From Camelus ferus (Eukaryota): a stretch of DNA of 64,000 nt. The position numbers and the translations under genes are program-made. Under the pieces are notes generated by a model. It had not been told where the DNA came from. It made no database searches and worked only from the letters and a program-made list of their open reading frames with translations. Below are positions 51,120-63,002 of this stretch, piece after piece. Every line of letters begins with the position of its first letter. Positions within the stretch are counted from its first letter, which is position 1. Where the stretch lies: assembly GCF_009834535.1 (NCBI RefSeq), contig NC_045696.1:66032001-66096000 (forward strand), read 5' to 3'.

Positions 51120-51700
51120 TGAATAATACTTCGGGATATAGGATCTATATTTGAAATAATCCACCCAGTTAAGAGTATCACCTACACCACTCTTTCCAAT
51201 GGTTGCTAAGTATTCGCTGCTTTCAAGGGTGAGGAACTAACCACCTCTAAAAGCAGCTCATTTCAGCTCAGTTGGTAAATAATTTCTTGTTTTCAAATGT
51301 TCTTTACTTCCACTTTTATTTGGTGATCTTATATGTAACATCTTTAAATATCTGAACTATTTCACTATTATTGTGATCTCGTATTTTTTTCTCATCACCA
51401 GATTAAAGAACTTCAGGATTTTTATCTTATTCTCCATATGACCTGGTATGAAGTCTCTTCTCCACTTTTATATTTTTTTTTCTGAATTTTATATTACAAA
51501 ATTATAAATTTTCAGTTTATATATGTGTCTCCTAAGAGTGGTATCCTGAACAGGACTGAACAGAATGCTCCAGACAGTCTAATCAGCAAAGATCAATAGG
51601 GAATTACTACTTCCTAAGAGTCACATAGTTATATCTCTTGATATTTAAAATTTTTGGACTCATCAGACAGTTCATAGTACTGATCATGTTGTCAACCAAA
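51120..51700 (-). mobile_element. CR1/L3 LINE remnant just upstream of the AcPb exon
   Basis: ttcaagggtgaggaactaaccacctctaaaagcagctcattt and gactgaacagaatgctccagacagtctaatcagc resemble the recalled L3 3' region. Confidence 0.45.
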
Positions 51701-51726
51701 ATTCTTTTTATTTATGTATGCACATG

Positions 51727-51749
51727 GTGTGTGTGTGTGTGTGTGTGTG
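51727..51749 (+). repeat. (GT)~11 microsatellite; reads (AC)n in the IL1RAP pre-mRNA
   Basis: Direct reading. Confidence 0.95.
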
Positions 51750-52544
51750 AAGAATTGGTCTGAAAATCAATTAAAGGGGCAACAAAAATGACAGTGGGTA
51801 AGAATCAGTCAATTATTTAAGACTTTTCACCAAGCATTCAATTCTAATGATTATTGAGGTAAATTTGAATGGAACCCAGTGGAAAGTTCTTGAGATAAAC
51901 GCAGTGCTTAACTCACTGTGATATTTAGAGCTTAAATAATGTGATTTTTCTGAAGAAAAGGAATTCCAAATGTATAAATAGCCCTCAGTGACAACAGGGA
52001 AAACATGCTGCAGACAGACCATGAATTTGAGTACCTAAGCTTTTGAGGCCAGGGGCGAAACACTGACTGAGAAGCTTCGCAGCCTGTGAAGACAAGCTGA
52101 AAGTCTGCAGGGAATTGGATCATGAATTTGACAGGGAATGAAGAAGATGTGCTCCTTACCAGATTCGTTCTTTTCAGTTTTTGAATTTCACATGAATTTG
52201 AAGGTAGTCAAAAGAGACATGTTAATGCTTAAGAACTCTTGACTGGGTCTATCAAGAACACAAAGTGTTTTAGATAATTTTCGTTTCAATCTTAAAAGAT
52301 ACATCTAAATTTCCACTCATCTTCAAAGTCTGTGTGTGCCTATGTGTGTGTGTGTTTTGGTAACTCCTTTGTCCTCTCTGGTTCTACTCAGAATCTCATG
52401 TAGATAGATGCCTTTCGTCAATCTGAGAATGTGAGAGTAGAAGTCTACTGTTTCTCATCACAGGATAAATACAATATAACCTTAAAATAAAATGGATAGT
52501 TTTTCAAGAAAAACAAAAAACTTGTGCACTTACATTGTGCGTGT

Positions 52545-53110
52545 GGCATGTGTGTGCTTGTCTCACTTCAAAATGGTCACTTTGGGAAAATGTCTGTTCT
52601 GTCCAATGGGAATACCATTGTTGAAAATAAAACACTGTCCTAGATTTTCTAAAGAAAATTGTCTTTAGATCCTGGTGCTTATAAAAATTGTTTTAAATTT
52701 TGGTACCCCACCCTGAAAGCGTAGGATTTGCATTTGAAAGAGGGTAATAATAAAAAAAAAAAAGCAAACATGAAGAGTGGAATTCCAGACATCGAGGAAT
52801 GGATACAGGAGATGCTTCTCAGATGAGGCTGGGCTATACCTAGGGATTTCGCATAATACTCCGAAGGAAGCTATTTCCTTCGTGGCATATTTTAGTATCT
52901 TCCATATTGTCAAAACTTTATATTTGAAGATGTGAATTATTGTTTTTAATGCTGAAGATTATTTGGACAGGAAGTTGTAAACTAGGTTGTTTATTCAATT
53001 TGGCTTAAAAAATGAAGTGTGGTTATAGATCGATAAGGCCAGTTTTCTTGAGTGGTATGAAATTGGTTTTGAAGTTAAATTTTCTGATCAAGAACTCTTC
53101 AATACTCCAT
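52545..53110. mobile_element. Ancient mariner-derived element (MARNA-like), probably interrupted at about 52665-52905
   Basis: ttcaaaatggtcactttggga...ccaatgggaataccattgttgaaaa and aaaaatgaagtgtggttataga...cagttttcttgagtgg...aattggttttgaag. Confidence 0.5.
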
Positions 53111-54645
53111 AATACACCTGCCTGTAGAAGTCATAATCGCCTTGGCATTCACTAGGGAGTAGAAAGAAAACCAGAAGAAAGCTAAAGCTGTCCTTTTGTT
53201 CTTTGGCTGGGTTATTGGTGTATGAAGGAGGAGCAAGCCTCTCTCTCAGCCTCTCTCAAAACTTGAAGTACAGTTAAAAAAAAAATGGGGGCGCCTAATT
53301 TGGAAGATGAATCTGAATTCAAACATTTGAATGGTTTCTCCATTTATCTTATTTAATACAATCATTTATTTTAATATCTGTAAAAGTCTGAGTTCATTTA
53401 CCTATAAAATGCATATAATGAGAGCAAACTTGTAGGATTGTTAGACAGTTTAGCGATAACTATATGTTAATGTCTAGCACATGGTACACATTTGAACTGA
53501 TCACTTTGATTAAATTATTATTCAATGTTTAGTGAACACAATATTAAACTAATGCATGGACTAATGTTGATTGAATCAATTCCTAAAAGTAACATTAGAG
53601 AATCACCTTAAAATGTGGGTTTATAAGAGAACAGTAAGTTTTCAAATTCTGCCTATTCAGCTTAAAATAAATATGGATAAAATACTACTTGAATACTTAA
53701 TCTATTAGCCCATTGCTAAAGATAAGCCATCTCCCTTGGGTAGAAACAGAAATAACCCAGTTGCTGAATGTATCTCTTCTTTCATACTATAAATTTACTT
53801 GTGTCAAAGATCTGGTGACCTCAGTAAATGACTGAAAAAATATATTGAGAGTTTTAAAAAGGTCAGTAACAGCTAGGTGGCCATGATACCCAAACTACTG
53901 ATATTGAAACCTGCTGATAGTGAAAATAGTCACCACTATATTCTAGGAGGTCATTTAATGTTTTCAAAGCTGGAAGCAACTTCAGGCTCAGCGTCATTTA
54001 TCCAAAATGCAAAACACCCCTTAACAAAACCTCAGTAAGATCCAGCAGGTCTCTGCTTGTACACCTCTAGTATCAGGGCGCCTAATATCGCCAAAGATAG
54101 TGAAATACATTATTGTTCAACTCTAAAGTTGTTTCCTGAATGAGTAGAAATTTTCTTATAACTTTCATCCATTGATCCTAATCCTTCTCTTTAGAGACTG
54201 ATTTGAAACAGGATAGTTCTTCAGTAGGAAAATTTTTACTAAGCTAACCAGCCCAGTTACAGGGATCCAATAAATATTCTTGGAATAAATGAGTACTTGA
54301 GATTTTTTTTTTTAAAGTAAGACTTTCCTGTTACTATGAGCTTAATATTAACTCAAAAGAAAATGCCTTTCCAAATATTTATCACTGCTTTGTTTGAAAT
54401 TTGTGAAAGAAATGTATCTTTGATTCAAATGATCATCTATTAACTAAAGGCAAGACATTAGTTAATTGATCTCATTCTGAAGCAACTGCCTTAGGGTTGT
54501 ATTAAAACCTATATATGGTAAACGATTCCTGTAAGCTACTCAAGTTCCAAGTTGAACAAAACAGAATAGGCTTGTGTCTTTATTTTGAAACTCTCTCCTC
54601 TCTCTCATTCTTCCTCTCTGCCTCTTTGTTATTCTTTCTCTCTTT

Positions 54646-54649
<4 letters not shown>

Positions 54650-54687
<38 letters not shown>
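54650..54687 (+). repeat. (AC)19 microsatellite preceded by a CT-rich tract; reads (UG)n in the IL1RAP pre-mRNA
   Basis: Direct reading. Confidence 0.97.
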
Positions 54688-54690
<3 letters not shown>

Positions 54691-54927
54691 GTATGCTAGA
54701 TCAATCTATTTTACTTAACTCTTTAACTCACATGTAAAGAAAATGTTCTGGAGATGAAGTTGCCAGCTTTCTAAGAATTTCCTCAGAAAGAGAACATGAA
54801 TGTCCCTTATAACATTTCTTTTTCTAAGTGTATCATTAATTCTTTTTATTATCATTTCCTATGCCCAAACATGAAAATAAAGACAAAAAACATGCACAAA
54901 ATAAAATTCAAAGCTGAAAATAAATGA

Positions 54928-54933
54928 TTTATT
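54928..54933 (-). terminator. Candidate poly(A) signal of the canonical isoform
   Basis: Minus-strand AATAAA followed by a U/GU-rich tract (TTTTATTTTGTGCATGTTTTTTGTCTTT). Alternative AATAAA hexamers lie at 55094-55099 and 54845-54850. Confidence 0.6.
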
Positions 54934-56414
54934 TTCAAAATAAACAAATTTACAAATTAAAGGGAAAATGGAAAATACAAAAGTTTATGAATAAAATTAA
55001 AAAAGATAATCTTAAAATATTAAACCTATGGAAAGAAAATAGATAATTAACAATGGAGTGATGCTTTTGTTTCCCAATACAGTGGAGTGTTTGTTTATTA
55101 GAATCCTATGGATCATCTAAATTACAATGCAGAAAAGAATTAAATAATTTTATATGATTGTGTAATTAGACACTCTACATATCATGTTTTTTTTTTTTGT
55201 TGTTGTTGTTGTTAATTTGGGTGCAGAAGGTCTTCATATCATATACCTAAAACCATTAAGGTTTTTTTTTTTTAACATTAGGTACTTCTTTTTTTAACAT
55301 CAGAGAGCAATTTCTTCTTGCTCTCCATATTATATTTCTCTATTTCCCTCAAATATTCTGTATTAGGCATCTTCTGAGACATTAACAAAAAATCTTGAAA
55401 CAAAATTCTCTTAGGATAAGACATCATTTAGATTTGAATTGCTTTAGATTTAAGCATTTGGAAAAGTTCAGTACCAAAGACAGGAATATAAATAGACAAG
55501 AAGTATCAAGAAATTTCTAGGGATACCAAACAGCACTTGGGGTAAATATGAAATTCAAAAGTGCAAAAAGAATGCAGCATTGGCAATAGAATGGCTGGCC
55601 CCTTCGTGATGGGACTGTCCCCCATTTACCTGAAGTTCATGCTAGAATTGATATTCAAAGCTTATCTGGAGTCAGCTCTCCTCTGGTCTTGTGAGTCAAA
55701 GGTTAAAAGGAGGAGTAATTGTAGTTTGTAATAACAAAAAGCATTAATAAGGCTAAAAAATTTGGATCCAAGAGTAACTTTATACCATAGTTTTATGGTC
55801 AATGATTCATGAAGTTTTTTTTAAATTTAAAATAATCAATAACTCCTCTATAGAAAAATGATTTATTATATAGACGTTAATACCTCCAAAGGACACTGAA
55901 ATATAGGAGGTAGTTTTAGAATTGCTTATCAACATTCATATTACTAATTTAAGGGTTTCCTTAAATTATGAATTATTGTGTTTCATAGGATATCAAGGCT
56001 GATTAATAGGTATTTTTATTTTCTTTTCCTTTATTGCTTATCAATCCAAATAAAGATTTACCTCTCTAGTAGCTGAGTACAAACATTAACATAGCTTAGT
56101 TTCTAAGTGTGTGTGTTTGTTACATAGTAGACGATAAGTTAATGCCAGAGGACTGGCTATTGCTTAGCAGTGACCATGGAAGTGCTGTGTGCAATGGATT
56201 CCACTGCACCCAGATCAACTGTGGCAGTAGTAAGTTATTTATACTAATTCAGGGAAGGCGAGAACTAACAACAACTAACACTTCGTTAGCTGTAAATTCA
56301 CAATTATTAATGTACAGAAAACACTGACACAAAAGTGTTACAGTAAAGAACATAATTTAAAAACTGGATAAAAGTTCCATTACTTTGTGATACTGTGCCA
56401 ATGACTATTTGAAG

Positions 56415-56555
56415 ATATATGTATATATGTGTATGTATATGTGTGTGTATATATATTTATATATACAATTCAAGTATATATGTATATATGTAATTCATGT
56501 ATATGTGCAATATATATACATATATATAATTCTTGTGTGTATATACATATATATT
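56415..56555. repeat. Degenerate (TA/TG)n low-complexity tract within the canonical 3'UTR
   Basis: Direct reading. Confidence 0.9.
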
Positions 56556-57844
56556 TAAAAATCTATATTTAACATATAGATAATCACCACTCTGTAAACT
56601 CTAGACTTAGTTTTCACTTTTCCAAGTCTTAAGAACAGTAACAGTTTACTTAAAACAAGCTAAAATAAATTTCATTGACAATGACTTTTCACACTGACTT
56701 TGTTTGGAGTGAGTCTATTAACTGTACCAGTGAATAACATATGAAAAATACTTGGGGGTCCAGTTAATGCTCTTAAAATATTAATGCTAAAAGCAACTCT
56801 CAAGGTCACTGAGTCTGTCACACTTTACAATTGGGAGAGAGAAAAAAGTGAGGAGAAATTACCTTCCTAATATTCACATTCGCAAGGCTGAGATTAAAAG
56901 ACAAATTGACAAACACTCTGTTCTGTGCTGTTTTCACAAGCCAGAAAATACCCTAAAAGCATTTTGCTGTTATTCTACTTGCTTTTAGCACCATTAAGAG
57001 AAGCTTCCTATCAGACTTAACCAAGTGTGGAGCCACCTGCAGACTCTGAATGACTGACACAAGGTGCAGTAGACAGGGAGATGGAGTGATCAATATGGGG
57101 TCAACGTATGGACTATCAGGAGTTTACTGTAATAAAAAACCAGGATATATTTTTCAAGTTGACAGATATGACATCAATTACCTGAGATAAGAGGGCACCC
57201 AGCGGGGGAGCATAGTAGGAGACAATGCAGGCAAGCCCTTTAAACCAATTATAAGAAACATTCTCAGTTCCAGTGCTTTGTATTGCTCCAAGTGGGTGTC
57301 AGTCTTGCTGTGATGCTGCATGCACAGCAGAATGAGCAAAAGAGCTCATTATCCTTAGCTAAAATACATTTAGGCCCGGATTATCTTTTTAATGGATGAG
57401 TAAAAAATAAAAGAGAGAGAAAACTCTACCTGGAAGCTCATGGTGACCCTGTTAACGACTTATCTTTAAGAAGTCTTTAAATCCACAGCAGAAGGCTGCC
57501 TCGTAATGTTAAGATTATTAAAAGAGAGAGGGAATAGAGACACACAGGACCAGGAATGGAGGATGCTGGGGAAATTCGCATCAGCCAAGTCTTTGTTTGC
57601 AAAGAACGTAGTGAACCTAGTGACATCAGATGCTGGTGACGGAAGGTGGCACTGTCATTTCTAACCTTGGTATTGCCTGAGGAAGTGCAACAGCCAGTCA
57701 CACAGTCACCCTGAACTTATCTCCACGGGGAGGTGTCCATAAATTGTTTTTCTGTCCATGAAACAATGAATTGGGGAATAAAGAAAGGTGAACTCTTCCT
57801 TCCTGGAGTACCCTTAGATCTTTTTACTCCTTTCATTGGCCCTT

Positions 57845-58212
57845 TCATACATTTTTCAAGGATGAATAGGAGAGACCCTGCTCGCCACTTCTAGACCACC
57901 TGGAGCTTTTCTTCACTGGCATGGCCACCTGCAGCTGCTTCCAGAACCTGCCCTGCGGATACTTTGATTTCTCCCCTTTCCATTTAATGACCGTGAGCAC
58001 CGTCTTAGCCCTCTTCAGCTCCTTCACCTTCATCTCCTTCACAGCCTTGTACTGTACTAAAATGACGTTGATGTTGCCCCGAGAGGCCATGTTTTCTAGG
58101 CCAGCCTTGAGCTCCAGGAGGGCTTGGGTTCCCTGGAGCACGTAGTTGGGGCTTAGGACAACCAGGAGGCGTCTGCTTTTCTGAATGAAGCTCAAGGTCT
58201 CATCTGTGACAA
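57845..58212 (-). CDS. IL1RAP: IL1RAP canonical last coding exon (mIL-1RAcP/AcP C-terminal TIR half, 368 nt to TGA)
   Basis: Acceptor ttttctttcccag|TT gives I-VTDETLSFIQKSRRLLVVLSPNYV...RFWKQLQVAMPVKK...SYSSLKNV*. Stop TGA at 57845-57847. Confidence 0.98.
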
Positions 58213-60700
58213 CTGGGAAAGAAAACACCATGGGGATTAATGTCGGCCAGGAACTCCCCAAAAGTATGTGGCTTGAGCAGCAAGTGAAAGGAAATTAGGG
58301 TAGCAGCCTGAGGATGGAGGTGAAAGTTTTCACCAAGAACACTTAATCCTTCGACCCGATCACTCTGTTCACAAAATGCCACTCTCTTCAGGGAGAAGAG
58401 AAACTATATGCACATATTCCAACCCACAAAGAATTCCAAACAGCCATAAAGCCAAAATGTATTTCTATGACCTTGATCTTCAAAAGCATTATTTGGGACA
58501 TGAAGAATAAATGGGTTGTACTGAAATCAATTTCTTCAAACTATGTGGCATGTTGTGACCCAGCAAAATCAGCTCCTGGGCCCTTTCTCCCCAAAAATAC
58601 CCATATATCAACTCTCTATGGCTAGTGAACATTCAAAAATATAAACATTATAGAGTCAAAGTCATAGAAATTCATTCTCCATTAACACAGAACCACAAGA
58701 GTAAGACCCTTCATTTTCTGAAAGTCCCCCTGTATTGCCAGACACTCCCTCGACCCAGACTAGTATCACTATTTCATTGGAACAGGAACTTTAGAAAATT
58801 TAGCCAATTGAATGGCATTTTGGCTGGCATCACAATCGCAGCTCAGCTTTCTATTCTGCTCTCTCCTCTGGAGCCTAAATTAGTCCCTGGATCTTTCTCC
58901 TTAAACTCCTACCATTACTGTGAAGCCATGTGTTTCGGCAGCTGCTAGCTGATGTGTGTGCCTTCGCTAACAAGCAAATGCTTTCTTCAGGTCAAAAATA
59001 AGAAGAAAAAAAAACAAGGAAAATGGAAATGCAGTGTAATTTTATGCTGTTGTCAAGGGCTCTGATTAGTTCCTGTCAGTAAATTCTTGGGGATAATCCA
59101 TCTCCTTGAGGTTGCTCATCAAGGACTGTATAATCCTTCACCTGGGGGTCAGAGAGAAGCCAGCTCCAGGGAAGGCACTAGCGTTGTGGAAAGCTACTTC
59201 ATGGCCTACCCCTAGGTGGTCATTTTGCCTCTTAATCTTCACAGGTGTAGAGGCAGTGGGGAAAGACTTGCAATTAAAACAGCATGTGCAGTCTGGAGTT
59301 GAATCCAGGAATAAGTAATTGTCTACTCCAAGCAGTGTTGCTGGAGGTTGATCATGTGTAAGCAGGGAAAGAGACCCAGAGGCAAAGAGGACTGAGTGAG
59401 AGCAGTAGGGAGAATCCAAAAGATCACAAGGATCGACCATCAGAAGCAAGATGCAAGAGTGATTATGTAGAACTATAATTCTTCAAAGAGCTATCAACCT
59501 CTACTGCTGTTATACTGTATATCTTTATATAACTTTTCACATAGTAGATCAATATTTGTTGAATGGCTGAATGAATGACTAAATGGATGAATAAATCATT
59601 TAGGATATTAAGTCATAAAATGAATTTAGCCTTCAACTGTATAGTCAAGTCATCATTTTTCTGGCAAAATCATCCTGAAGATTTCCTTTGTAGAACATAA
59701 GCATGATGGATTTTTGGTGATGCATGGGGACATAAAGTGATCCAGTTAATTCAAAGAATCGACATTAACTATCTCAATTCTCAATATAACATTCAAAAAA
59801 AAATTAAGCGATTAATTTAAACGGGATTTTAGAGGAAGAAAATAAATTAGTTCCTTGTGAATATTAGAGACATTACACGTATTTTAACTGTACGGAATTT
59901 AACAATGGGTTTAAAAGTGCTATTATGTATTTATAAAACAGATTCAATATTCGCGATCATTTTAGGTGTTACTGTGTGGACCTGAAAAATAGAGGTGTAC
60001 TTTTATTTTAAAACATTCAGCAATTCAATATTCATTTTAAACTATTAGAGTATACTGGCCTTTGTAAAATTTTAAACTTATCTCAAATGTATAAGCTGAT
60101 AGAAAGGAAGGATAGATTCAAGCAAAGAGGGAATTTGAGTAGCACTGGTTTGCTAGAAAACAAAAGTGAAGAAAAGGAAATTAGGAAATGCCAAAGGGAA
60201 ATGTTCTAATTATTACCAGTAAGTAATATTAAAAAAGGATTCCATGCATTCTCTTCTACACCTCATTTTCAGTAAAACTGAGTAAACCTGAGTCTTTATA
60301 AAAAGTGTTTTGTTTCAACCCAGTCTTTGTAAAATATTGTAGGCAAATTAATGCAGATAAGCTAAACGTTCTAAAAATCTAAATGTGAGTCAAAAAGGAT
60401 GCTTAAAGCTATAGCATTTAACAGAGCTCTAATCCACTGTGAATCTACAGTTTTATAACATCGAGTTTTTAAAAGCTTACAAGGGAAAATATTTTAATAC
60501 CATAAACTGCAGTTGAATAGTCTGCATCTTACAATGTAGATTTATTCCTAGAGAGTCTCTGTCTGTTGCATCAAAGAACTGGACAAATGTCCAAAGATGC
60601 CAACATAAAGCAGAGCCATGACTCTCATATGTGACCCAAAGCTAAGAATCTCCTCTGGCTTTCAGGGTAGCATCACTTGTCCTCATCTGATAATACCTAC

Positions 60701-60844
60701 TTCCCCCAGGCAGACTGTCTCGGTCAAAGATGCACAGCTTGTATCCAAATTCATTCTCCAAAACTCCACGGAGGGTCAGTAATACAAATTCTTCTTCTTC
60801 AGCATTCCTTGCATAGGACACATAAATATCATATTCCTTCCCAT
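60701..60844 (-). CDS. IL1RAP: IL1RAP first TIR-domain exon (144 nt), common to both membrane isoforms
   Basis: Encodes [48 protein letters not shown] (TIR box 1 and box 2). Acceptor ttttgctag|AT, donor GGAA|gtaggt. Phase 1 at both ends, compatible with the neighbouring exons. Confidence 0.98.
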
Positions 60845-61484
60845 CTAGCAAAACAAAAACAAAAACCACAAAACACAGACCCAATATAAATTAGGAATGT
60901 TTCTCAATAGTATTGCATTTTCCCTTAAATCTAACTCTTGAATATTAGACATTTTCATTTTTTACATATATGAATTAGCTGACAGATTTCAGTGTGATTT
61001 CCCACTTGTGACAGATCTCCAGGCAAAATGACTATTTTAAGGTGCAATCACAATGTTTATCTGAGGTGTTTTTGTTCTCATGTCACCGAGCTCAGATTTT
61101 GTAGTGGAGGATGAGTGAGGTTTGGCTCATTCAACTATGAATTAATACAATCGGGAAGCAAATAGTTAGTCAATCATAGTCATAATATCTTGCAGAAAAT
61201 TTCTAGTTCCTGTCCTTGTGTGTAGATATTAGAATTATAAATTGAGCAAAACCTTGAGAAACTGTCTAAATTATTTATACCTAAAAACATCTACAATATA
61301 AAATACACTTAGATTCAATAAACCAATCTTTCCCAAAGTTGTCTAACTATAAAAATCACCTCTCATTAAGAATACAGGTTCTGTGTCTCTTCCACAAACC
61401 TGCTCAGTGAGAATCATTATGGGATGCATGTAAGAAACTGTATGTTTCAATGTTTCATTCTTGTCACCAGGCACATATACACTA

Positions 61485-61635
61485 GAATATTGCTTCTTAA
61501 GGTTCAATGTGCACAAGGATCACTTGGGAATATTGTTAAAATGTAGCTTCTGATAGGAGTTAGGCTTCAGATTCTCCTTTAATAAGCTCCCATATGATGT
61601 TTCTGGTACATAGACCACCCGTGAGTACAGGGTGT
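61485..61635. mobile_element. MER5-like hAT-Charlie element (intronic)
   Basis: tgcttcttaaggttcaatgtgcacaaggatcacttgggaatattgttaaaatgtag...taataagctccca.atgatg...gaccac. Confidence 0.7.
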
Positions 61636-61639
61636 GGCC

Positions 61640-61962
61640 CTGCACTGGCCAGTACATTAGCCACAGACCACGAGCGGCTACTGAGCACTTGAAATGCAGC
61701 TGGTCTGAACTGAGATACACTATAAGTACGAAATGTAATATATACTGAATTTTGAATAATTTTTAGTACCAACAATAAGCCTAAAATATCTCTATTAAAT
61801 TATTAATTACAAGCTAAAATAATAGTATTTTTATATATTGAATTAAATAAGATATATTATTAAAATGATCTTCACTTCCTTTTTGCTTTTACTTATGTAA
61901 CCACTAGAAAATTTAAAATTACATATGTGGCTTGCATTGTATTTCTATATGAATAGAACTAG
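61640..61962 (-). mobile_element. MER33-like hAT-Charlie element (intronic)
   Basis: ggctactgagcacttgaaatg...ctgaactgagat and ccactagaaaatttaaaattacatatgtggcttgcattgtatttctat. Length is ~320 bp. Confidence 0.88.
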
Positions 61963-62146
61963 AATAGACTAAATCACATATTGACCCAAGAAAGCAGAAT
62001 AATATGCATTAGAATGCTTTTCAATAGTAATGGCTAAAACCAAAGGTCATCTAATTAAATCTTCCAGTTAATCTAGGTTTCATTAAGCCAACGTGTTTTC
62101 TAAAGATGACAGTAGAAGAGATTTACATCAAACTTGCATTACTCAC

Positions 62147-62290
62147 CTAAAATAGTTTCATCCGTTCCAAAATGAGCCCGGTAAAACAGGACCATCTCCA
62201 GCCAGTACACATGGTAAACCACAATGAGAATCACTACCAACAGGACCGTGGCTCCAAAACCACACGCCAGTTCCACTGTGTATCTTGGAG
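62147..62290 (-). CDS. IL1RAP: IL1RAP transmembrane exon (human exon 10 equivalent). The 5' boundary is 62290 if the canonical AG is used, or 62296 at the human-equivalent position
   Basis: Translates to (A)PRYTVELACGFGATVLLVVILIVVYHVYWLEMVLFYRAHFGTDETIL, matching human IL1RAP as I recall it. Donor is TTAG|GTGAGT at 62147/62146 (phase 1). The acceptor is ambiguous; see findings. Confidence 0.96.
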
Positions 62291-62577
62291 CTATCATTGG
62301 AGTAAACAACAAAGAAACAACTGATTTCCATGCAGTGATCACGGTGACCCATTACCCTGCAAATAGCTGTGAACCTGACTTCTATGTGTGAACAAGCAGA
62401 GATAACATAGTAGGGGTTAAGCACTACATTTTAATGCTAGACTGTGGCAAATTTATCTTTTTGTTTCCAGAAACTGGCACAGAAGGTATTTTTAACTATT
62501 AGGTGATTTGAATAGACTTTGATGATATACAAATTAAAACAAAATATTAGCATGGTAAAGGATCTATAAGGTCATCC

Positions 62578-63002
62578 TTTGCAGCAACACGGATGCTCCT
62601 GGAGAATGTCATTCTAAGTGAAGTAAGCCAGAAAGAGAAAGAAAAATACCATATGAGATCGCTCACATGTGGAATCTAAACAAACAAACAAACAAACAAA
62701 CAAACAAGGCATAAATACAAAACAGAAATAGACTCATAGACATAGAATACAAACTTGTGGTTGCCAAATGGGCAGAGGGTGGGAAGGGATAGACTGGGAT
62801 TTCAAAATTGTAGAATAGATAAACAAGATTATACTGTATAGCACAGGGAAATATATACAAGATCTTATGGTAGCTCACAGAGAAAAAAATGTGACAATGA
62901 ATATATATATGTTCATGTATAACTGAAAAATTGTGCTCTACACTGGAATTTGACACAACATTGTAAAATGATTATAAATCATTAAAAAAGTTAAAAAAAA
63001 AA
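62578..63002 (+). mobile_element. Young 5'-truncated L1 3' end, antisense to IL1RAP, with a perfect TSD
   Basis: tttgcagcaacacggatg...ctaagtgaagtaagccagaaagagaaag through to a poly(A) tail. TSD aaggtcatcc at 62568-62577 and 63003-63012. Confidence 0.93.

Larger units (their letters stand above)
54910..57844 (-). other. IL1RAP: 3'UTR of the canonical IL1RAP mRNA (end approximate)
   Basis: Follows the stop codon. AU-rich with no obvious interspersed repeat, and ends at a cluster of AATAAA signals (55094-55099, 54928-54933, 54845-54850). Confidence 0.7.

Noticed and set aside
52862..52882. 8-bp hairpin cgaaggaa-gctat-ttccttcg, and a 9-bp palindrome at 5799-5817
   Set aside because: Short stems like these are expected by chance in 64 kb and have no supporting context.
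59138..59449. 103-aa same-strand ORF in the intron before the canonical last exon (possible third alternative exon)
   Set aside because: No TIR-like similarity and no convincing phase-1 acceptor.
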